From positions 1 through 54,509 of the IMG/VR virus record IMGVR_UViG_3300025070_000043: a stretch of 54,509 nt of DNA; one strand, given 5' to 3'. A program made the translations under genes and the position numbers. This DNA is from a virus (taxonomy: Duplodnaviria > Caudoviricetes). Numbering within the stretch: position 1 is the first letter of the stretch; each line of letters starts with the position of its first letter. Shown piece by piece: positions 35,401 through 43,561 of this stretch. The notes below the pieces were generated by a model that saw only the letters and a list, made by a program, of their open reading frames with translations, was not told where the DNA came from and did no database searches.

Positions 35401-36871
35401 ACGCAGAGTTTGTTCTGTCTTTGACAATGACCATATCTGGAGATTGTGACAGCCCATGCCCAATAGTTGCGCCATCCGTAGCATTGCCTGTATAGGTGGC
35501 TATAGAAAAACCCTGTGTGGTATTCGCCTTGACCGAGCTAGTAATACTGCCATTAGTATTGCTTGCGGCAGAACTAGAGCCAGCATCCCAGCACCATGCG
35601 ACATAGTCGTTACCATTTGTGAAATTTACATCCGGCCCTGCATCATTGTTAGCTCCTAAAGTAAATCCATTAGAATCAAAAGAAGTAAGACTATCTGTTT
35701 GTGTTTGTTCAACGGCAGAATCATCGGATTTTAAAGATTTTCCAGCACCTCTTACAGAATCAAAAAGACCATGATTTGAGGTGGCATCTCTTTCCTTTAT
35801 CCACACGAAATCCGGCTCAAAGCCCAAACCATTAATGGACTGTGTAGCGCCATTGCCAAGATAGTTTACAGCAGCAAATCCTGTAGAAGCTAAGTTATCA
35901 CCAGCATCCCAGCACCATCCAACCATAGTGTCATTATTGCCACCAACCCTGTCATTTGTGCCTTTAGTAAATCCACTGGAATTGAACGATACTAAATCAT
36001 CAGCAGAATTTGTCTCAGCGTCAGTAGAATCTGACTTTAGGGTTTTTCCAGTTCCACGAACAGAATCAGTTAACACATGACTATCTGCTTCATTTCTACC
36101 TTTTAGCCATACAAAATCTGGTTCAAAGCCTACGCCATCAATAGCCTGTATAGCGCCATTGCCAGTATAGGTTACAGCCGAAAACCCTTCAGCCTCAGTG
36201 GTCTGTTTAAACGGAAGGTAGAACCCGTTTGTCCCGAATGTTAATGACTGTATAACTGTGTCAGCTTTAGGTTTCCACAGTGTATCAGAATACTCACCAA
36301 AGCTAGTTGGGTCTAGGGCTTGCCCATCAATAAAAGTTACGTTGGCAAAGTAACCATCAAAGTAATCTCTGCTATCACCAAACCATGCGCCATAGTTTTT
36401 GCCAAAGTAGCCAGTTACTCCAGACGTATTCCATGCAATAGTGTCGTTCAGAGTCACAGCATTTGTGGAGGTTGTCTGACGCACTCCATTTACATAAGTA
36501 ATAAACCTATCATCTGCAGTTGCGTTTGCAGAGTCAAATACTTGCACGATGTGATACCAAGCTGACGGGTCACGGAACACAGCGTTTGTGACGTGGTTTC
36601 TGCCACTTGATATGTATGCTTCAATATCATCAGGATAAAATGCTACAAAGAATGTCTCACCACCACCGTTTGCCGCCCCATAGATAGCATGTTCTCTGCC
36701 TATCTCACCACGCTTGCACCAGAAACTCATAGTCCACTTTATTTGATTAGTGGGTGTACCAAATTCAAATGAAAAATATGGACTATCATCATCCTCAAAA
36801 CGAATGGATTGGCCTGTAACATCTCCTATTACACCTTGTGCAAGAAAAAATGGACTACTAACTAATGACAT
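32498..36871 (-). CDS. large receptor-binding/tail fibre protein with LamG/ConA-like, SPRY-like and repeated beta modules
   Basis: FRDPSAWYHIV, SSGKWYWE...GDIIGVALDLD, repeated YTGNG...GFEPDFVWxK...DSVRG units. Confidence 0.75.
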   Translation of the reverse strand: MSLVSSPFFLAQGVIGDVTGQSIRFEDDDSPYFSFEFGTPTNQIKWTMSFWCKRGEIGREHAIYGAANGGGETFFVAFYPDDIEAYISSGRNHVTNAVFRDPSAWYHIVQVFDSANATADDRFITYVNGVRQTTSTNAVTLNDTIAWNTSGVTGYFGKNYGAWFGDSRDYFDGYFANVTFIDGQALDPTSFGEYSDTLWKPKADTVIQSLTFGTNGFYLPFKQTTEAEGFSAVTYTGNGAIQAIDGVGFEPDFVWLKGRNEADSHVLTDSVRGTGKTLKSDSTDAETNSADDLVSFNSSGFTKGTNDRVGGNNDTMVGWCWDAGDNLASTGFAAVNYLGNGATQSINGLGFEPDFVWIKERDATSNHGLFDSVRGAGKSLKSDDSAVEQTQTDSLTSFDSNGFTLGANNDAGPDVNFTNGNDYVAWCWDAGSSSAASNTNGSITSSVKANTTQGFSIATYTGNATDGATIGHGLSQSPDMVIVKDRTNSASWRVMHKDISYASNTLYLDANFAETADDRVKAVSSTTFTVTGGGGVNGSARDHVAYSFHSVSGYSSFGSYTGNGSTTGPVVSTGFRPAFVMIKRTDTADNWIIYDTTRSPFNPADKGLFPNDSGQELTGNDIDFNASDFQLKTSDNGFNASGGTYIYMAFAGGQDLISPVNTDGTITSRVKANTAKGFSITSFVGNATAGATVGHGLTSTPEMIISKNRDDANNWLVYHKDLDASNPEQKRIFLNLTSAVSDSNTPWNDTAPTSSLLTLGTSGYTNGSNDDMIMYCFHSVSGYSSFGTYSGTGSAGNAVTTGFEPAFVMVKRIDDTSDWAILDNTRDVDTAKDSRLRPNSSAVESTVDGLRFSSTGFSFADGSYNNSGSTWIYMAFAETRNATFFGDTSGNNNDWTPYALTNTDVVLDAPVSGGNFATYNSVLNTALVLSEGNLKAVYSSAAWRTTSATFYVSSGKWYWETRNTDNDYHMVGIVADSFGTYTNFVGSTADSYSYYNWASSGSAGFKYNNNVATSYGDQWAAGDIIGVALDLDAGTIEFYKNNVSQGVAFTGISGTYAPAESLWTSGSIANFGQDSSFAGNEAPQGNTDDNGVGDFYYAPPSGFLALSTSNLPAATITLPDEYFNTVLYAGNNTTGHAITGVNFQSDWTWIKLRNGASGHRLVDSVRGVTKYLDSTGTSAETTNTDRVTSFDSDGFTLGNSATVNGGFNYVAWNWLAGGTAVSNTDGDINSQVSAKQDAGFSVVTYTGNGTTDQTIGHGLGAAPDMIIVKKRSTTGNWLVWHRSVTSGNGKYMFLDLTNALSGPSVVPAWDSTNTTTQSSTTTFDVGANSTVNGSGSDYVAYLFSEVEGYSKVGSYTGNGSSDGTFVHCGFRPAWVMLKAATGAVQHWWMFDNKREGYNVDNDQLYANLSSAEGTSNILDFTSNGFKLRTSSAVANGSGQTFIFLAFAESPFKSANAR

Positions 36872-36891
36872 ATTTTATAACTCCAAATTAA

Positions 36892-38787
36892 TTAAGATAA
36901 GGCTAGAGAAGGTGAGCCAAGAAGAACTGTACCTGTTACTTGTACAAAATAAGGTACAACATCTACTGAACCTGCTGCTGTTGAAAGTGTAATACTTCCG
37001 CCTACTGTTTTATATTCACTACCTACTGATAATGTTCTAGTACCTGTGCTGTCTTGTATAAATACAAATGTACCCCCCATACCTCCTGCTTCTGTTGTAG
37101 GATTACCTAATGTTAAATTGCCATCTAACGTCCAAACAAAATTAGTATATGAACCAAAGTCAGGAGTAGTTGTTGCATTTGCAGATACAGTTTGTGTAGC
37201 TGCAATTACTCCACCAGTTAAAGTTCCACCTGCTAAAGGAAGATGATTACCAATACTTGTTGCCATAGTAGCTGATAAGTTTGTTATAACTGTATTAATA
37301 GATGTAATAGCTAAAGTTCTATTATTAATACTTGTTGCTACTGTTGCAGATAAATTATCTACTACAGTATTAATAGATGTTATTGCATTTATATTGGTTG
37401 TAATATTAGTATTACTATTATTTATACTTGTTGCTAATGTAGAAGATAAATTTGCAATAACAGTATTAATAGATGTAATAGCAGAAGAATTATCTGCATT
37501 AGCAATTGATGTAGCTAATGTTGCAGATAAATTTGTAATATAAGTATTAATAGAAGTTATAGCTGTTGTTCTATTATTAATAGATGTAGCCATAGTTGCA
37601 GATAAATTACCTACTACAGTATTAATAGATGTAATAGCATTAGTATTTGTTGTAATATTAGTATTACTATTGTTAATGCTAGTTGCCATAGTTGCAGATA
37701 AATTACCTACTACAGTATTAATAGATGTTATTGCGGCTGCATTGACTGATGTAAGAGCACTTACTCCTGCAACAACACTATTAATAGAAGTAATAGCATT
37801 AGTGTTTGTTGTAATATTTGTATTAGAATTATTAATAGAAGTTGCCATAGTTGCAGAAAGACTTGCAACTGTAGCAGACATTGCAACATTATCACCGCCT
37901 ATAACAAATGATGTCGCACTAACAACACCAAATGTTTGATTTGTATTAAGAGCAACTGTACCTGAACCAGTAATATTAGTTGTTGTTACATTATTTTCTG
38001 TTAAATGTATTCCAGTTCCTGCCTTAACTGCAGTCATAGTACCTGCACCTGCAAGACCAGTAATGTTAGAGCCATCTCCATATAAGAATGTTGCACTAAC
38101 AATACTTGTTGTAATGTTGTCTACAGTAAGGTTACCTGAAATACTTGTTGAACCCGATACACCAAAGTTACCACCTACTTGTAAATTACCACCTATGGAT
38201 GTATTTCCTGCAATAGAAACTGTACCAGAAATATTAGTATTACCAGCAATTGCCATAGTACCTGAAACAGATACATTATTTTCTACATAAAGAGAAGAAC
38301 CAGAAAGAGTGCCACCAATAAAAGCATTAGCAGAAATAGTTGTAGTAGCTGTAACATCTGTAATACGACCTTGTGCATCCACAGTGATTGTATTCATAGG
38401 TCCATATGAACCTGCAGAAACAGAAGTATCTGCTATAGCAAATGTAGGATTACCTGCAGTACCGTCTGCATTAGTAATTGTTACACCTGTAGAAGCAGTT
38501 AATGTTCTACCAAATTTTGTACTACCATCTTCTGCAACAATACCATTTACTAAAGAAGAACCTGCGGCTGCTGCATTAAGACCAGAAACATTAGTAGTAA
38601 GTGTTACACCATTATATTGAAAGCTACCATTAATATTAACAGTATTTTGAGAAAGCTGTAAAGGTGTAGAATTGCCATTACCATCACGTACAGTAATAGG
38701 TGTACCTGTTGGAACACCTGCATTATTGTTATTCATTTGAAGCAAATCAAGATATGAATTTGCTATTTGTTTTCCTGTTAAACTCAT
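36892..38787 (-). CDS. fibre/stalk protein with Thr/Ser/Asn tandem repeats
   Basis: Repeated ITSINTV..NLSAT.ATSINN; C-terminal IQDSTGTRTL domain; start MSLTG coupled to upstream stop. Confidence 0.7.
   Translation of the reverse strand: MSLTGKQIANSYLDLLQMNNNNAGVPTGTPITVRDGNGNSTPLQLSQNTVNINGSFQYNGVTLTTNVSGLNAAAAGSSLVNGIVAEDGSTKFGRTLTASTGVTITNADGTAGNPTFAIADTSVSAGSYGPMNTITVDAQGRITDVTATTTISANAFIGGTLSGSSLYVENNVSVSGTMAIAGNTNISGTVSIAGNTSIGGNLQVGGNFGVSGSTSISGNLTVDNITTSIVSATFLYGDGSNITGLAGAGTMTAVKAGTGIHLTENNVTTTNITGSGTVALNTNQTFGVVSATSFVIGGDNVAMSATVASLSATMATSINNSNTNITTNTNAITSINSVVAGVSALTSVNAAAITSINTVVGNLSATMATSINNSNTNITTNTNAITSINTVVGNLSATMATSINNRTTAITSINTYITNLSATLATSIANADNSSAITSINTVIANLSSTLATSINNSNTNITTNINAITSINTVVDNLSATVATSINNRTLAITSINTVITNLSATMATSIGNHLPLAGGTLTGGVIAATQTVSANATTTPDFGSYTNFVWTLDGNLTLGNPTTEAGGMGGTFVFIQDSTGTRTLSVGSEYKTVGGSITLSTAAGSVDVVPYFVQVTGTVLLGSPSLALS
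37250..37870 (-). repeat. degenerate tandem coding repeat
   Basis: About six copies of ATTAATAGATGT.ATAGC / GTTGCAGATAAATT, encoding ITSINTVxxNLSATxATSI. Confidence 0.8.
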
Positions 38788-39071
38788 TATATCAAATTCC
38801 AATACTTTAAGTTAGCGTTCCATTGCGAAGTAGCTTGTTGCCACTGTAAGTTTATTCCACCATCACCTTCAGGTCTTGCATCACGAATAAAGTATCTTTC
38901 CTCAATTCTTGGTGATTTATTTTGAGGATGGCTTTTTAAATCATACGAACCATCATAATCTTTAGGGCATTGCATCATACCCATACTATTCTTTTTCAAT
39001 TGGTTTAGTTTATATCTAAAACCACAAGTATCGCAGATAGCTAATACATTTTTTCTTCCTGATGTAGACAT
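38787..39071 (-). CDS. small Cys-containing morphogenesis protein
   Basis: AICDTCGFRY...QCPKD...HPQ...DARP. Confidence 0.65.
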   Translation of the reverse strand: MSTSGRKNVLAICDTCGFRYKLNQLKKNSMGMMQCPKDYDGSYDLKSHPQNKSPRIEERYFIRDARPEGDGGINLQWQQATSQWNANLKYWNLI

Positions 39072-39742
39072 TATACCATAACCCTTGGCTTTAAGAAAAT
39101 ACTAACTCGTTCTCTATCTTCATCCATAGCACGTTGTAGTCTTTCTTCATACTCTTGTTTAATCATAGTAATACGTCCTGCTTCTACATTAGGACGTTTC
39201 ATTGACATATAGTAAGCTAAACCTGCAGTTAAGCACGGAAGAAATCTACGAGATATATCTGCATTTTGAATAGCAGATTTATCTACATCTTCCATATAAG
39301 ATACTAGTTCTAATTTAATTTCGTCAGTAGAGTTTTCGGGAATGGGCCACAGATGTACAACAGGATTACCACGTTGATGTCTAACTGCATATTGTGTAGT
39401 ACGTCCTGTTTGGCTTTTATTAGGTATTTTAAGATATTCTTGCATAGATATACGTTCAAGCTGTATGTCTCTATCGTCACGATTATGTACAGCTTCTAAT
39501 ACATCAATCGTTGCAGAAGATAAACTAAAAGTAGTTACACTTGTAGCAAGTGTTACAGTAGAAGTATCAGCAGTCCAAAGCATTACACCACGGTTCTGCC
39601 AATCTTGCAGCAATAAATTAATAGACCTACGAGCAGACTTAGGCTCATGCCCAAGAGTTTGTTCACCGCCAATCATTTCTGTTGCTTCTTGGATAACTTC
39701 GTCTATATCCATATTGAAGTTATATGTACCTGAAGTAGCCAT
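39071..39742 (-). CDS. head-tail adaptor protein
   Basis: MATSGT, ARRSINLLLQDWQNRG, LWPIP, RFLPCLTAGLAYY, RAMDED. Confidence 0.7.
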   Translation of the reverse strand: MATSGTYNFNMDIDEVIQEATEMIGGEQTLGHEPKSARRSINLLLQDWQNRGVMLWTADTSTVTLATSVTTFSLSSATIDVLEAVHNRDDRDIQLERISMQEYLKIPNKSQTGRTTQYAVRHQRGNPVVHLWPIPENSTDEIKLELVSYMEDVDKSAIQNADISRRFLPCLTAGLAYYMSMKRPNVEAGRITMIKQEYEERLQRAMDEDRERVSIFLKPRVMV

Positions 39743-39990
39743 TATGATTTACCTCTTCTTCCTAAATCTTTTTTCTTGCCTTTATATTTTCCAGAAGTTC
39801 TTGCTACTAGGCCTCTCGCTTTTAATCGGGCTAAATTCGTTGCACCAATTCTCATGCCAGAACGATGTCTTTGTAACAGCTCTGTTATTTTTATTTTTGG
39901 CTTGGCGTTTGCGTTTTTCTTTTTCTTGGCCTGTTTCTTTTTTCCGGGCTTCATTATTTGTTGCCCAACGGATGAACGACTTATAGCCAT
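39742..39990 (-). CDS. very basic small protein
   Basis: 82 aa, Lys/Arg-rich, coupled to neighbours. Confidence 0.65.
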   Translation of the reverse strand: MAISRSSVGQQIMKPGKKKQAKKKKNANAKPKIKITELLQRHRSGMRIGATNLARLKARGLVARTSGKYKGKKKDLGRRGKS

Positions 39991-40295
39991 TAATAAAGCC
40001 TATTATGTGTACCAACTGAACCACCACTTTTTTTCTTGACAATTTTTTTCTTTTTCTTTACTGTAGTTTTACGTGGGTCATACATAGGACCTTCTTGTGG
40101 TTTTTTCTTACCCGGATAGTTAGCTCTACCTACAGACATACCTGCTGATTTTTTTACCATTCCTTGAGTATTAAATTGATGTACTGCATCAGCTAATGTA
40201 TCTTTATCTATTCCTTTAGTTGGAAAACTAATACCATTCTTTTTTAAAATAGCCTTTAATTGTGCAGCTGTCATTTTATCATACTTAGTAGCCAT
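39990..40295 (-). CDS. basic protein with C-terminal HNRLY
   Basis: N-terminal HeH/SAP-like MTAAQLKAILKKNGI...KDTL; ends KKSGGSVGTHNRLY. Confidence 0.65.
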   Translation of the reverse strand: MATKYDKMTAAQLKAILKKNGISFPTKGIDKDTLADAVHQFNTQGMVKKSAGMSVGRANYPGKKKPQEGPMYDPRKTTVKKKKKIVKKKSGGSVGTHNRLY

Positions 40296-40657
40296 TATGC
40301 TTTCCTTCCTAGTTTCTTATGCTTTTGAGTTTTTGGTGGGCTTTTCTTGCTCCCACTCTTACCAGCCCAAAGAACTTTATCAGCCCAGTAAGCAGCAGAT
40401 AGTTTACCTTTTTTAATATTCTGAGCATGGCGAGACTTAAATGACTTACGTGCCGTAGAAGAATAGTTATGACCATATCCTTTTTGTCCGAAGTGAATAA
40501 CTCTAACTGTATCTCCCTCTTTAGCAAGAACCATACCTTTCTTTTCTGGACGTGTTGACTTACGAGGTTTATTAAATCCTGCAAATGTTGTACCACGGTA
40601 TTCAATCCTTCCTGATGGTAATCTTTTAACTCCGGGATATTTACTTTTGGTAGTCAT
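40295..40657 (-). CDS. basic conserved viral protein
   Basis: VIHFGQKG, RKSFKSRH, SAAYWADKVLW. Confidence 0.7.
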   Translation of the reverse strand: MTTKSKYPGVKRLPSGRIEYRGTTFAGFNKPRKSTRPEKKGMVLAKEGDTVRVIHFGQKGYGHNYSSTARKSFKSRHAQNIKKGKLSAAYWADKVLWAGKSGSKKSPPKTQKHKKLGRKA

Positions 40658-40917
40658 TACTTTACCTTCCTATACTGTTTGACTTTCTTTGCGACAGTCT
40701 TAGGTTGTTTAACGAACTGCTTTCCCTTTGCTGTTCCTTTTCTTTTAGCTGCCGTAGTCTTAGCATATTCTTTTGCGGATAACGCCTTAATTGCCTTGCT
40801 GGGGAGATAGCGTTCACCTGTAGCCTTTGAACCTTGTGTAGAGGGTTTACCACTCTTGGTTCTCCACTTTTGTTTTGTCCAAGCCTTTAAGCTCCTTTGT
40901 GATTTTTTTAGTGCCAT
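40657..40917 (-). CDS. basic protein, C-terminal half of a DUF5872-like domain
   Basis: QRSLKAWTKQKWRT...ERYLP...KRKG...GKQFV. Confidence 0.65.
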   Translation of the reverse strand: MALKKSQRSLKAWTKQKWRTKSGKPSTQGSKATGERYLPSKAIKALSAKEYAKTTAAKRKGTAKGKQFVKQPKTVAKKVKQYRKVK

Positions 40918-40927
40918 GATAGTTCCT

Positions 40928-40956
40928 ATTATATCATTAAATGTTTATATTTACAA
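40928..40956 (-). promoter_or_regulatory. sigma70-type promoter
   Basis: TTGTAA-17 nt-TATAAT with TG extension, about 10 nt from the ATG at 40917. Confidence 0.65.
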
Positions 40957-41388
40957 TGACTTTAAATAAAAAGCCCACCAAACTAGTACAGCTAAACCAA
41001 ACAAACCTAAGATAATAAAAGTAGATATTAATATTGTTTGTATTAAATCTTCCATTCTTTTTTTTCTTTCTTGTTCTGCAAGCAGTCTTTGCTTTCTTGC
41101 TTGTGCTTGAAACCTAATCCAATCATGCCATAGTCCGGGTCTACCAGTATATATCATTAATTGTTTTAATTCTTCTTCTTGTTGTTTTAACTTTTCAAGA
41201 TGCATAAACTCTTCTAAATCTGCAGAGCCTGTACGTCTTTTCTTTTTATCTGCTTTCTTACGTAAGCTTTCGGTAGCATTAACATACTCACCTACTTTTC
41301 CTGCAACATCTGCAATCTCACGACCATTACTAATAGCCGTTTTAATTACTGCAAATGCAGCATTGGCTGCGGCTATCTCTGCTAACAT
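40951..41388 (-). CDS. C-terminal TM coiled-coil protein
   Basis: MLAEIAAANAAFAVIK...; hydrophobic C-terminus. Confidence 0.65.
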   Translation of the reverse strand: MLAEIAAANAAFAVIKTAISNGREIADVAGKVGEYVNATESLRKKADKKKRRTGSADLEEFMHLEKLKQQEEELKQLMIYTGRPGLWHDWIRFQAQARKQRLLAEQERKKRMEDLIQTILISTFIILGLFGLAVLVWWAFYLKSL

Positions 41389-41391
41389 TTG

Positions 41392-41610
41392 CTACTCCAC
41401 AATCTTTACGATGTAATTTTTTCCATCTGGACCTTTATTTATTTCAACTGTTTTATTTTCACAAGAGTATCTTACTGTTCCTGTATCTTTATATAAATTT
41501 CTTTCAATAGTACGTTTAGCTTTTAAACATTTAGATAGCTTTTCAAAAGCAGTATGCTCTGCTATACTACCAGAAAGATATAGTATTAATGTAATTGTCT
41601 CAGTCACCAT
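41392..41610 (-). CDS. small Cys-pair protein
   Basis: LSKCLKAKR...YSCE. Confidence 0.55.
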   Translation of the reverse strand: MVTETITLILYLSGSIAEHTAFEKLSKCLKAKRTIERNLYKDTGTVRYSCENKTVEINKGPDGKNYIVKIVE

Positions 41611-42001
41611 CTTTTCCGTTTCTCATTATCTCTAGTCTAGCTTCTATTGCACTAATACGTTTCTCATAAAATTCCAATGTTAGTTTCTGTTGCTGGTCAT
41701 GTGGTGCTCTACCTTCATCTATCTGTGTTGTTAGTTCGTCTAGCTGGTCAGAAAGATGTTCAATCAACATAAACTGTTCGCTGTCAGCAGGTAAACTGCC
41801 CATCTCGCCACGAGGCCATTTAATACGAAACTCTGTGTTTTGCTCTAAGTCAGACTCCATCATAGTAATGTTAGTTTCTATCTGGTTAAGTCGTTCTATT
41901 ATACCAAAGTATGCCCATGTTGCCAAGGAAGCTGCAGCAACCATACTTATAATATTACGTAAAGGTAATGCTACCTCAGTGTTTTCACTTATACGTGCCA
42001 T
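41600..42001 (-). CDS. N-terminal TM coiled-coil protein
   Basis: ISENTEVALPLRNII + TM, LPADSEQFML. Confidence 0.65.
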   Translation of the reverse strand: MARISENTEVALPLRNIISMVAAASLATWAYFGIIERLNQIETNITMMESDLEQNTEFRIKWPRGEMGSLPADSEQFMLIEHLSDQLDELTTQIDEGRAPHDQQQKLTLEFYEKRISAIEARLEIMRNGKDGD

Positions 42002-42315
42002 TAATTTTTATAGCCGCCACCTGCTTTTTTGTAAGCAGAAGCTAGCATTTGAGCTTTTCGAGCACTCCACTGACCCGGAGCACCGCCCTTTCCACCTGCT
42101 TTAATACGTTCAAATAATCTCTTACGCATAGTAGGTTTAGTATAATTACCTGCTTTGTTTACTGTAGACTTAGGTTTACCACCAGAGGCTAAAGCCCTTA
42201 CACTTTTTCTAGTGTAAGAGCCTTTTCCTTTTTTAGGTTTTACTACCTTTGGTTGATATAATCTATTAGCTAAAGACTTAGCTACAGGATTACGAGACTT
42301 AATAGGTTTTTTCAT
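42001..42315 (-). CDS. ArfA-like N-terminal module fused to DUF5872-like N-half
   Basis: NPVAKSL...KKGKGSYTRK, then YTKPTMR...GGKGGAPGQWSARKAQML...GGGY. Confidence 0.6.
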   Translation of the reverse strand: MKKPIKSRNPVAKSLANRLYQPKVVKPKKGKGSYTRKSVRALASGGKPKSTVNKAGNYTKPTMRKRLFERIKAGGKGGAPGQWSARKAQMLASAYKKAGGGYKN

Positions 42316-42329
42316 TTACCTGCCCCTTT

Positions 42330-43337
42330 TTATTTTTTAGGTCTACGTGCTGCTCCAAAACCTTTTACTTGACGTGCAGCCCCAGATTTAATTGAACCAC
42401 CACCTTTATATTTAGAAGCAAGATTAGGACTTATTCTTTTTTGTACACTTTCTGGTAACTTAGAAAATCCTTTATACTTAGAAGGTGGAGTTTTCTTTGA
42501 CTTTGGTTTTGTTTTAGGCATAGGCATTTTTTCAAGTGTAGGGTTACCACCCTTTTTCTTTTTAACAGTACCAGTCAAAAGACTTTTAGCTTGCTTGGTT
42601 GTCATACCCTTTGGAATTTCATAGGTAGATTTTTTACCATCGACAGTAATACTCACAAGCTTTTGTGTCTTTGAGTTATAACCACCATCAAACTTTTTAG
42701 GCATAATCATTTTACCCGGAGTAGCTTTAATTTGATTACCCCGTGGGTCTACACCCTCAGAAGGTTTAGCAAACTTACGACCCGGACCACCCTCTTTAGT
42801 TTTAGGACGTGGTTTAGGTCCAGTAACTGCACCAGATTTCTTTTGTCCTTTATTACCAAATAATGCTCCTAATGTTATAGCAGTAGTTGCGCCACCTATT
42901 CTAGCTGCTCTTCCCCGAGTCATAGGCTTTGTACTCTTCTTAGGAGGCTGTGTAGTAATTTTAGTACGTGGTTTAGCCGCAGATGCACTTGGCTTAGATG
43001 CAGCTACACTAGGTTTTACAACTCTAGGTTTAGGCTTCATTGAAGGACTAGGCTTAGATAGTTTAACAGTTTGTCCACCCATGTCAGACAAAGCACTTCT
43101 TTGTTGAGAAGTTACACCAGACTTAGGTTTAACAACTTTAGTTGAAGGTCTTAAAGTAGACCTACCCTTAGATTTAATTTGATTTACATTAGTAATTGTT
43201 GAAGGATTTTTATTAATCCTATCTGCTGTAACTTTATTTACAGGTTTAGCTCCTTTTTGGGTAAGAAACTTTTTAATATACGGAGATGTTGCTTTATAAA
43301 TTTCACCCCCTAATTTAAATAGTGTTGATGCTGCCAT
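42330..43337 (-). CDS. Lys/Pro-rich basic low-complexity protein
   Basis: 335 aa; ends YKGGGSI...GFGAARRPKK. Confidence 0.65.
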   Translation of the reverse strand: MAASTLFKLGGEIYKATSPYIKKFLTQKGAKPVNKVTADRINKNPSTITNVNQIKSKGRSTLRPSTKVVKPKSGVTSQQRSALSDMGGQTVKLSKPSPSMKPKPRVVKPSVAASKPSASAAKPRTKITTQPPKKSTKPMTRGRAARIGGATTAITLGALFGNKGQKKSGAVTGPKPRPKTKEGGPGRKFAKPSEGVDPRGNQIKATPGKMIMPKKFDGGYNSKTQKLVSITVDGKKSTYEIPKGMTTKQAKSLLTGTVKKKKGGNPTLEKMPMPKTKPKSKKTPPSKYKGFSKLPESVQKRISPNLASKYKGGGSIKSGAARQVKGFGAARRPKK

Positions 43338-43348
43338 TGTTTTACTCC

Positions 43349-43561
43349 TTAATATAATCTATTGTGGCCTGACTGTATAGTTTTCTTTTTAGCTTTAGAA
43401 ACCTTACCGCCTTTTTTCATACCACCTAATTTAACACCCATTTCAACAAGGTCTGCTATATCCATAATACCTGCAGGACTTGCTCCGTATAAGGCCATTC
43501 CTTTTTCAACTATGCCACGAACCTTACCTTTTTTCTTTGTTTTATTCTTGTTACCAAACAT
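43349..43561 (-). CDS. basic protein with C-terminal HNRLY
   Basis: Ends MKKGGKVSKAKKKTIQSGHNRLY. Confidence 0.65.
   Translation of the reverse strand: MFGNKNKTKKKGKVRGIVEKGMALYGASPAGIMDIADLVEMGVKLGGMKKGGKVSKAKKKTIQSGHNRLY

Noticed and set aside
32498-36871. Repeats in the fibre gene as a diversity-generating retroelement
   Set aside because: No reverse transcriptase; repeats are short, in-frame and not adenine-specific variants.
40951-42001. Inserted TM genes as spanins
   Set aside because: No lipobox-bearing o-spanin recognised and they are far from the lysis genes.
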